A DNA stretch of 64,000 nt. Source: Eutreptiella sp. 'Long Island Sound 2002'. Lineage: Eukaryota; Protista; Euglenida. This document shows, piece after piece, positions 1-10,200 of this stretch (the stretch's first letter is position 1; the number at the start of each line of letters is the position of its first letter). The DNA is taken from assembly GCA_964036045.1 (NCBI GenBank), contig OZ038378.1, forward strand, positions 169,632,001-169,696,000, written 5' to 3'. The translations under genes and the position numbers were made by a program. The notes beneath the pieces were generated by a model. The model saw only the letters and a list, made by a program, of their open reading frames with translations. It did not search any database and had not been told where the DNA came from.

Positions 1-140
1 TGCCCTAGAGGGAGGTGCAAGGCCTTTGACAGCCCCAGGATCCCACAAACGGCCGGGCGCAGGGCCCTTGATTCCCGAAAGGCGGGCGGATGGCCCCACC
101 GCGTGGCCCTTGTTCCCGACACATACCACACATACCTGCA

Positions 141-227
141 GAGGCAGGTGCTGGGGCAGGGGCAGGGGCAGGGGCATGGGTATGGGCAAGAGCAGGGGCG
201 GGAGCAGGGGCCTGGGCAAGAGCAGGG
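141..227 (+). repeat. Degenerate GGGCAG/GGGCAA hexamer run
   Basis: ggggcaggggcaggggcagggg...gggcaagagcagggg visible; explains the GAGAGA/GQGQGQ pseudo-ORFs. Confidence 0.7.
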
Positions 228-954
228 TCTGCCTGTTACCCTAAACTTCCCTTCACGAGACCGTGGGGGTTCACTATGGGCTGTGGGTGCCCGGTTTCCC
301 TCATGGGTTCCGCCCCCCCTGTCTGATGTAGGGGGCGGAGCACAAGTCTGATATTGGGGGGAGGGGGGCAAAATCCATGCACTTGTCCAAAAGGTTCCCG
401 CCCACCTCCCATCACACCATTATGCCTGGAACTCATCATTTCAGATTGGGACAACGACATAGCCACCCTAGAGGGCACAACATCACGTCTCAGCGTCCTG
501 AACCTGTTTCTTTCACCCCACGGGATGTGTTTAGATTGGATTACCTCCCACGGGGAGTTAAGCCAGCGCAACGCTGAGACCAGTCTGCTACAACATACCT
601 GGTACAGATGTGGGTGGCTGCAGATCTTGATATAGCGAATGAATTCACCTCTGACCTATGCCACTCGGATGTGCCTGGGCACATTGGAATCCCAGGGGAT
701 GTACTGACACGCATGTGTGTCCTTGCAGTGCACACAGGTGATTAGAGGGTTGAGTGACATGAGTTGAGATCCACAGAGTGTGCATTTGACAGTGGACACA
801 GGACACAGGACAAAGGTGACAAAAAGTGTTCTAGGCACAAGAAGGGAATACAATAGTGAGTCTACTCAAAGGGGCCAAGGTGAAAAAGCGACACACATGC
901 AAAAAAGAAAACCAAAAAAGCAGGCACAAAGCTTCACAAGGCACAAAGGGCAAA

Positions 955-1213
955 CAGTCATAAGCTTGAGTACAGTGTTCTCCATGCAAGTTTGTAGGCA
1001 AAGCAGGCACCAAGGATCAAACTAGCATTGCACATGTCAAAACCAAAAGTGCAAATTCACAAAGGAGCTCAAAGGGGAAGCAATCATAAGCTTGAGCACA
1101 GTGTTCTCCATGCAAAGTTGTAGGCAAATCGGACAAAGGGTAGACAAACATTAGCTTCAACGTACTGTTCTCCATGGCATCTTGCAGGCAAGGTAGGCAC
1201 CAAGCATCCAACC
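955..1213. repeat. Three diverged tandem copies of a short unit
   Basis: cataagcttgag(t/c)acagtgttctccatgcaa..tgtaggcaaa at ~958 and ~1084; partial third copy (tgttctccatg...aggcaccaag) at ~1166. Confidence 0.7.
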
Positions 1214-1420
1214 AAAGTTCCACTGGGTTCGGGCTAAAAAATTTCTTCCGAGCTCCCCTGGCACGGTCGGCTGGGAAGTCCATGGAACATTCCTACCGAT
1301 ATCGGTTGCGTTTTGGGGGGCCGATCTGGCTGCCAAAACTTCCGAGCATCTTTCCAAGGGTTTTCGAAAACTTCCAAGCGGCGGACCGAAGCATATCGCA
1401 TGCACGTCGGTACAGGTTTC

Positions 1421-2800
1421 CTAAAATTGCCACCGGTAACGGGACAATATTGGTCTCTCTTGGAATGTTCTATGCCGGGCACCGGTGGTACATGTGACGT
1501 CGATTTGGCCCGAACCCCGAGATGCCCTGGCTTTCTTTGACGTTCGCTTGGTCCGAGATTTGACCAGTTCAGAGGACGGAGGGCCCGAACCATTTGCTGT
1601 CGGCCCTGGGTCCGGTCTCGCTGTCGCCGAGGCAGGTTCTCCCCTGGATCGCTTGGTACTGGCCTCCCCCAGGTCCCCATACGGTAAGTCAATGATACCC
1701 AAGGCTTCCACGTGGCTTCCTTCGTCAGCGTCCGAACCATCCGATCTCCATCCATCCAGGCGGCGCCCTGCCGCGAGTGACATTGGCCATAAGGATCGGG
1801 CCGTACGGGTAGTCCTTTTGATGAATTGCCATTGTCCAAGTTTCCCTTCCACCAAGGCAGGTCTGGGTAGGTGCTCATCACTCCAGGGGCTGTCCTCCCA
1901 GGTAGCCACATACCGGCGGGCCGCTTTGGCTGTCCGCCACCTCCCACAGGCAAGCAATTTCTGAACCGTCGCGCCATGTCGGATAAGCAGGGTTGCCCCA
2001 AGGCGCCTCCAACAATGCCATCGCAGGTGGTCATATTGGCCTTCCCCAAGGAGCTTGACCAGTGTCGCCTGCAGCGCTCGGGCTCCGCCCTTAACCAAGG
2101 GCTGGAATGGCTTACGTCCCAGCCTAAGGGCCGCTGCCCTTGCAAATCCCATGAGTCTGACGATACAGGTGCTGGCTGGACAAGTGATCAAGCACCTTCG
2201 TGTCTTCTTGTCGTAGAAAGACACTGTTGCCGCTGGCAGGTCTAGGTCCTCTGCTCTGATGGATGTAGATTCGCTGATACGCAGACAGAAAGCTACTGCC
2301 AACACCGCTGACGTACAGACCAGAAGGTCCTCGTTCGACTCTGCTGCTTGGGCCATAGTCCAGATGGCTGCCAGTGAGCCCCAGCCCCTTGCTTTGAACT
2401 TGCTACAGCGGTTCTTCGCCCGAACAGGTCTCCAAACGGCCCTTGGTAGAAAGGAATTCGCAATTCCCATTCCTCAAGCATTCTGCGGGCCGAGATTGCC
2501 TGCCGCATGTCCGACGATGTGAGTTGGGTCCGGTATAATTATAGCAGGTAGTCCTGCAGGATTGCTATGGGGGATTGTCCACCAGAGAGGGTCAATCGCT
2601 GTTTGATGTTCCGCAAATGTCTCTCATAGACGTCCAGCGTCAAGGGGGCCCAGGACTGTAGGAACACAGACCACCATGTGACCGAACCGGATTCCTCGCG
2701 CGCCGCCACGAATTCATCAAACCACCGGGCCGGGTCCGCTGAATCCTGCTACTTCTCCAGCGATGTTGCCGGCTCCTGGGGGGCCTCCACCAGGTCACGT
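1421..2800 (-). pseudogene. Tyrosine recombinase (DIRS-type); catalytic domain open over 1421-2470, N-terminal part disrupted
   Basis: Catalytic set R (FCLRISE), K (YDKKT), HxxR (WHCWRRLGAT), W (GRW), Y (ARRY). Upstream N-terminal segment FLQSWAPLTLDVYERHL...LQDYLL*LYRTQ has an in-frame TAA (~2538-2540) and a frameshift near 2470. Confidence 0.85.
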
Positions 2801-2899
2801 CATTTCTTCGACTTAGCCTTGCCACAAAGCCACTCCCAGTGGCGACCTCCACACTTAGCGCAGTCGCCTGGAGGTCTCTTGTCTGTACGCCACTCCCAA

Positions 2900-3789
2900 C
2901 CATTGTTGGCGACCAAATACTCGATACCGTCTCTCACGGTGAACTTGAACTTTCCCCTGTAGCAGGTCTCATCCCCTACTCAGAGCTACCTCCAGACGAG
3001 CTCTCCGTGGAGCTGCTTCTTGATCTCCGGGACTGATGGGATTTCCTTCCCTTGTGCAACGAGGAAGAGGAGCTGTGTCGTCGACTTTTTGGCCTGGATG
3101 GCGACCTGCCATATCTCGACCCACGATCCTTGCGATATTCTTGCCATATTCATTATATTTCGTAATGAGCAGCTTCCATAGGTCCTGTGCGGCGCAGATG
3201 GGTCCTCGAGCAGCTCCTCTTCCAGGGCCTTCGTCAGCAGTGCACAGAGGTCCCCCATCCACCCCGGTATCCCCGGCTCCTGCAAGAACTCCTCGATAAG
3301 CTCGGCAGTGAGGACCCCCTTGAGGTAATCCGTTTTGCTCGATTTCGACTTTGACTTGGCTGCCAACTACGCATCCAGTTTGCGTCATAGATCAGCAATT
3401 TCCTGTTGAAGGAAGTCGACTGTGTGCGGAGCCCCTGTCGGGGCGCCGCCTCCCATCTGGGTACCAGCAGGCTTAAATTTCATAGCGGAACAGTCATACT
3501 TCACCGAAGCTACGTCTTCCCAAGGCACCACCAAGTCAAGCATTCTCTCCGGCTCCAGTCCTACTTTCAAAAGTGTAGCCATGCCTGCCAACATCTCCGG
3601 AACATTTTTACCCTCCTGCTGCCACTCCATCGTTAAAGCTGAAACCCTCCGTGCGAGATAGTCCCCCTAGACCCTCCGGATCCAATGCTGGAACCCTGTC
3701 TCGGCGAAGGCGCGCAGTTTGATTATTTCAGCGTCCACCTCATCGACTGGTCTCTTCTTATCGACCACCGCTGTCTTAGACTCTGGCAT
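2900..3789 (-). pseudogene. ORF1 (gag-like position) of the YR element, interrupted
   Basis: ATG at 3789 (MPESKTAVVDKK...), a frameshift, then helical segments 3385-3630 and 2986-3366 separated by stops; identity inferred from position only. Confidence 0.5.
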
Positions 3790-3949
3790 CTGACCTCATA
3801 GTTCGCCAAAAAATGCAAAATAAAATTCACCGCAATAAGTACCACACAGGGGTGGGAACTAAGTCCAGTAGCAAAACAACCTTTTCAGCAGAGCATGAAA
3901 GGGTATTTTTGGCCCTTTTGCAGCCAACATTAATCACTTCACCACAATG

Positions 3950-4240
3950 GGGGCACCCTACCCTCTGGGTGAATCCCCCCGCTGAGGGAATGCCCCCGCA
4001 GCACCACATAGTCACGCATACTTATGCACAGACGCCGCAACACACATGTCTTCCGCAAGTGCTGTACCACTGGGTGTCCGGTGCTTTGTCTTTTGCGTGA
4101 CCTGCTTGTGTTGATCGCAGTCATTTGTGTTTGGCAGCAGTGGAGCAAAGGCACAGCTTCGCAGATCAGGTCAGAGTGCACTGCATGCCCCACTGCTCAT
4201 AATTGCAGCAAAAGAACAGCGTGTGTACTTCCCCAAAGGT
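3950..4240 (+). repeat. Dispersed retroelement-like relic
   Basis: gggtgtccggtgctttgtctt..gtgacctg.ttgtgttga...caggtcagagtg matches 20625-20740. Confidence 0.55.
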
Positions 4241-4309
4241 GTTCAATGAACATTTAATAAGTCATCACAACACATCATGCAGTCTAAGCATGCATCAGTA
4301 TTTTGCATA

Positions 4310-7140
4310 GTGCTGTCTCAGGGTCTGTCACACTTGTAATGTGAGGCAACCCGTGGGCATCATAGACACTGTGCCGTGGGCTAGGGATAGATGCATTGAT
4401 GCACTGTATTCTGTCATACTTGCAATGCAATCACAGACAAGTGGTGGTAGGGGACCATACAGCACAAACTTAAACCACAATATGTGGCGATGTCTTACGT
4501 GTCTCAGGGTCTGTCGCATTTGCAGTGCGAGGCAGACTTTCGATGTTTGACTTCAGGAAATCTCAGAAACATACCCGTGGGCATCATAGACACTGTGCCG
4601 CGGGCTAGGGATAGATGCATTGATGCACTGTATTTGGTCATACTTGCAATGCAATCACAGACATGTGGCGCTAGGGGACCATACAACACAAACTTAAACC
4701 ACAATATGTGGCGGGGTCTTACGTGTCTCAGGGTCTGTCGCATTTGCAGTGCGAGGCAGACTTTCGATGTTTGACTTCAGGAAATCTCAGAAACATACCC
4801 GTGGGCATCATAGACACTGTGCCGCGGGCTAGGGATAGATGCATTGATGCACTGTATTTGGTCATACTTGCAATGCAATCACAGACAAGTGGTGGTAGGG
4901 GACCACACAACACAAACTTAAACCACAATAGGTGGCGGGGTCTTACGTGTCTCAGGGTCTGTCGCATTTGCAGTGCGAGGCAGACTTTCGATGTTTGACT
5001 TCAGGAAATCTCAGAAACATACCCGTGGGCATCATAGACACTGTGCCGCGGGCTAGGGATAGATGCATTGATGCACTGTATTTGGTCATACTTGCAATGC
5101 AATCACAGACAAGTGGTGGTAGGGGACCACACAACACAAACTTAAACCACAATATGTGGCGATGTCTTACGTGTCTCAGGGTCTGTCGCATTTGCAGTGC
5201 GAGGCAGACTTTCGATGTTTGACTTCAGGAAATCTCAGAAACATACCCGTGGGCATCATTGACACTGTGCCGCGGGCTAGGGATAGATGCATTGATGCAC
5301 TGTATTTGGTCATACTTGCAATGCAATCACAGACATGTGGCGCTAGGGGACCATACAACACAAACTTAAACCACAATATGTGGCGGGGTCTTACGTGTCT
5401 CAGGGTCTGTCGCATTTGCAGTGCGAGGCAGACTTTCGATGTTTGACTTCAGGAAATCTCAGAAACATACCCGTGGGCATCATAGACACTGTGCCGCGGG
5501 CTAGGGATAGATGCATTGATGCACTGTATTTGGTCATACTTGCAATGCAATCACAGACAAGTGGTGGTAGGGGACCACACAACACAAACTTAAACCACAA
5601 TATGTGGCGATGTCTTACGTGTCTCAGGGTCTGTCGCATTTGCAGTGCGAGGCAGACTTTCGATGTTTGACTTCAGGAAATCTCAGAAACATACCCGTGG
5701 GCATCATAGACACTGTGCCGCGGGCTAGGGATAGATGCATTGATGCACTGTATTCTGTCATACTTGCAATGCAATCACAGACATGTGGCGCTAGGGGACC
5801 ATACAACACAAACTTAAACCACAATATGTGGCGATGTCTTACGTGTCTCAGGGTCTGTCGCATTTGCAGTGCGAGGCAGACTTTCGATGTTTGACTTCAG
5901 GAAATCTCAGAAACATACCCGTGGGCATCATAGACACTGTGCCGCGGGCTAGGGATAGATGCATTGATGCACTGTATTTGGTCATACTTGCAATGCAATC
6001 ACAGACAAGTGGTGGTAGGGGACCACACAACACAAACTTAAACCACAATATGTGGCGATGTCTTACGTGTCTCAGGGTCTGTCGCATTTGCAGTGCGAGG
6101 CAGACTTTCGATGTTTGACTTCAGGAAATCTCAGAAACATACCCGTGGGCATCATTGACACTGTGCCGTGGGCTAGGGATAGATGCATTGATGCACTGTA
6201 TTTGGTCATACTTGCAATGCAATCACAGACAAGTGGTGGTAGGGGACCATACAACACAAACTTAAACCACAATATGTGGCGGGGTCTTACGTGTCTCAGG
6301 GTCTGTCGCATTTGCAGTGCGAGGCAGACTTTCGATGTTTGACTTCAGGAAATCTCAGAAACATACCCGTGGGCATCATAGACACTGTGCCGCGGGCTAG
6401 GGATAGATGCATTGATGCACTGTATTTGGTCATACTTGCAATGCAATCACAGACAAGTGGTGGTAGGGGACCATACAGCACAAACTTAAACCACAATATG
6501 TGGCGATGTCTTACGTGTCTCAGGGTCTGTCGCATTTGCAGTGCGAGGCAGACTTTCGATGTTTGACTTCAGGAAATCTCAGAAACATACCCGTGGGCAT
6601 CATTGACACTGTGCCGCGGGCTAGGGATAGATGCATTGATGCACTGTATTCTGTCATACTTGCAATGCAATCACAGACAAGTGGTGGTAGGGGACCATAC
6701 AGCACAAACTTAAACCACAATATGTGGCGATGTCTTACGTGTCTCAGGGTCTGTCGCATTTGCAGTGCGAGGCAGACTTTCGATGTTTGACTTCAGGAAA
6801 TCTCAGAAACATACCCGTGGGCATCATAGACACGTGGCAGTGGGCCACTGGACAGGGATGCATCAATACACTGTGTCCTACGTTGTGTCATACTTGCAAT
6901 GTAAGGCAGGGTCTGAATGCTTGATTTCATGAGATCCAGAAAAAAAAAACTCGTGGGCATCATAGACATGTGGCGATAGGGGACCATACAACGCGAACTT
7001 GAACCAGGGTAGCATGCATCATCACAACATGTGGCGATGTCTTATATATCTCAGGGTCTGTCGCAAATGCAGTGCGAGGCAGACTTTCAATGTTTGACTT
7101 CATGAACCCTCAGAAACATGCCCGTGGGCATCATAGACAT
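4310..7140. repeat. 224-bp tandem array: 11 full units (4353-6816) with degenerate edge copies
   Basis: gtgggcatca(t/a)(a/t)gacac recurs exactly every 224 bp (4353, 4577, 4801 ... 6817). Confidence 0.97.
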
Positions 7141-7252
7141 GCAACCATATTAGGGACAATTGGAGACCAGCCATTGGACAGCGTTCAACAACCAATAAAT
7201 TTTCTCGCTGCTGACGCTGATACTTACATTTTGCAGACTACCTTTTAAACAT

Positions 7253-7276
7253 CTACTTCCTTGTGTTTTGAAATGC
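7253..7276 (-). CDS. Coiled-coil gene, putative last exon (AFQNTRK*)
   Basis: caccag|GCATTT acceptor, phase 0, TAG at 7253-7255. Confidence 0.55.
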   Translation of the reverse strand, partial: AFQNTRK

Positions 7277-10200
7277 CTGGTGTGCTGTGCGACACCCGCA
7301 CTACTATTTGCATGACGTCTACTGTGTGTTCCCTGTTTGGCATTCCTCCCTTTGACACCTGCTGCATGAGGCTGTTGATGTGCATGTGTAGCCCTGCAAT
7401 CATGCTGTTGCAGCGTCCCAGCTCCTCCTCCAGGCGCCGGGTTTCCTCTCCTTGCTGCATCACCCGCTGCCGCAGCTCTGCGCACTCCACACGCTGCTGC
7501 GCCAGCTCTGCTGCCTTCTGCTGCACGGTATGGCGGGCTTGCGTCACATCAGCTTGCAGCTGCTCGGCGTGGCGACAGCGCTCCTGAATGCACAGAGCAC
7601 AGGGCACAGGGCACAGGGCATAAGGTTTGGGGAACAAGGGACTGTCAATTCGGTGGTATCAGTGCCCCACCGGAATGGAAAGTGCAGTGTGCTGCTGCCA
7701 ACTGATGTGCCTCGAAATGATGCAACAAAAAGGCGGATGACAAGCAATCTTCAGCGTGCAAGGATTGTTCTCAGTCAACGCATTGGATGTCACTCCTGCA
7801 ACTCACCCCGGAAATCCTTTGTTCGACGATGAATTTCGGAGGTTCGATGGAAAAATCAAAGCGGACCTTCGAGACCGGCAATTGGTGGTTGGGACTGCGG
7901 CCCACTACAAAATGGAGTCCGCTACCTATACCACTGAATTCACAGCGGCACAAAGCACCGAGCACAAAGCACAACCTGATACGCCTCCTCGGTGCTACAC
8001 AGTTGCTGCAGCAGCTGCTCTGTAGCTGCGTTCTGCTCAAAGGGCATGGGAGACTCCATGTGCAGCCGCGGTGAGGGCGTGGGCCGCAACGCAGGGCTCG
8101 GGCAGGTCCCAACGGACGTGAGATCATCCTCGAGCAGCCGCGTCACACTGTCTAACTGCCGCCGCAACATGGCCACAAGGTTTTTCTGCGAGTCCAGTCC
8201 GGCCTGCAGCCTCGCGGTCTGACTGGTCAGTGCCTGAATCTCCTCTGCCTTCTTGCGATCATTCTGCTGAAGCGCACTGATCTGCCCATGCAGCCGCTCC
8301 ACCTGCGTAGTGTGTGAACGCACGGGTCAGTTTTGCGGTGCTCGAAGTGCAAGGCCTGAGACACTGTTAGAACGCGTTAGAACGACACCAACAACATGGC
8401 CGTCCGGTACTTCACTGGAGTGTAGTCCAGTGGTTAAGTGGCAGGTAAGAAATGGCGGGCATCTGTCATGTGAATTGGCCAGTCAAGCGGTGATCAAGCA
8501 AGTACCTGCAAATCAGTTTAACCTCATCCGTTGTTCTTGTCGAAGAGTGCTTCCTTCCTTCGGCTGCACGCCAGGCGTCACGGGGAGACTCTCTCCAGAT
8601 GAACGCGAAATTTCTTGCCACCCTCCAAAATGCACCCTCATGTGCATTTTTGAGAACGTGATCACCAAAGTACTTCAAGCCGAAACCCTTCTTACTGTAC
8701 CGGTGGACCACCCTTTGCAAAGCATGAAGAGTTGGGTCACTGTCACTGGTGGTGGGCTGCCCAGTACTGTCCAAAGCCACACCAGTACGGCATACCCCTG
8801 CTTTTGGGGGGTCATGAACATGGTTGGGCAATACAATCACAAAGCCCCCGCCCCCTGCCCCTCCCCCCGCCCTTGCGTCCCACTCGGCTAACCTTGCTTC
8901 CTCGCCCCCTCCCCTACCCCTGCGGCTAGTGGACTATTGCACATTTAGTAAAACATTGGGGGAGGTACGCGCACCGCGTGCACCGCGTGTCGCACCGCGT
9001 GCGTTCTTTTCATCATAGTCTCGAAAATTTTCAGTGATTTTTCAGGTTGTCAAGGACGCGGTGGCCTAAGGGGTAATCATACAACAACGGAGGCCTCCAC
9101 TCCATCCTCCTCACCAATTGCATGGTGGTTGTAGCCGCCCACACCCCCTGACGGAGGGGGCCGTTGGTTGATGATGAAAGGAGAAGGATCCGCTCTCTAG
9201 CACGGCCCAACACCAAAGAGCGGGGCAAACATGCAGCCAATTTGCAATGCTTGCCAAGCACCTCACGGGCTGCCCAAACCCGCAAAGTACTTCGTTTCGA
9301 CCGTTTCGCGTTTCGATTCACCACCCAATGGGGTGCCCAATCCCATTGGGTAGTCGTTTCGTCCGTTTCGCGTTTCGCTTGGCTACCTTGTGGATTGCCC
9401 CATTCCACAAGGTAGTTGCATCACTTCATTTGTCCACTCCTCGTTCTCCTCGGCGCTTGTAAGGGATGACCCTGATGAGGTGGATGATGTATCGGAGTCG
9501 GAAGAGGATGAATCCGAGTCCGTGTGCCGCCGTGTGGCCTTTGGTTGGCCGAAGATGGCGTTGGGAAAGTGTTCCCATGGTCTGTGCGGCTCGTAGCGGA
9601 CGTTCCTGGCGTTCAGAAATTGTTGGATGTGCACAACTGCACGCACCATCCAATGCAATTTCTGGATCCGGTCCGGAAGGCAATGTCCATATTTCCGGTA
9701 CGTGTCACGGCACACGCCCCATGCATGCAACTGCATCAAGACATGCTCCGAACGGGCACGCACGAAACTATGCCCATCATTTGCCTTCGTTTTCCACCTG
9801 GGCATCTCCTTCTTCGGGGGCTTTGGAAAAGGGGTGACGGACCCGAGGCGGCCACCAAACCCACCATCCAACAAATGTGCTTCCCCTCGCTTCAAGCTGC
9901 GCGAAGGGGGCCCCTGCTCTTTCATAATCCGTGCGTCTGCTCGAACTCCGCAGCGGATCCCTCCAAACCACACATAGTTCCCCAAGAAGTCGTTCATCAG
10001 CAGGATCTTGAACACCTCCTCCTCGTACTTCGGCTGGTACAAGACATCATTGAGTTCTCCAGCGTAGGAACACAACGGGTATGTGTCGCCGATGGCCGTA
10101 GCCAAGTACGGATACAAGGGGCAATGGTTCCACTTGGACAGCCGCTTTTCCCAGTGGATCTCGTCAACAACTTCGTTGAAGAAGTCAAGGCTGGACCAAA

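Larger units (their letters stand above)
1227..3814 (-). mobile_element. Decayed tyrosine-recombinase (DIRS/VIPER/Crypton-like) element: ORF1 + YR, no RT visible
   Basis: YR motifs (see next feature) preceded by an interrupted ORF1. Imperfect direct repeats GTTCGGGCTAAAAAAT (1227-1242) and GTTCGCCAAAAAAT (3801-3814) are candidate ends, so the boundaries are inferred. Confidence 0.7.

Noticed and set aside
4560-4575. TTTCTGAG on the minus strand resembling part of a euglenid spliced leader
   Set aside because: Only 8 nt match, with no following T-run/CG or splice donor
4353-6816. CRISPR-like array or repeated 96-aa/79-aa genes in the 224-bp array
   Set aside because: No unique spacers; the unit length is not a multiple of 3, so the ORFs only echo the repeat; no cas genes
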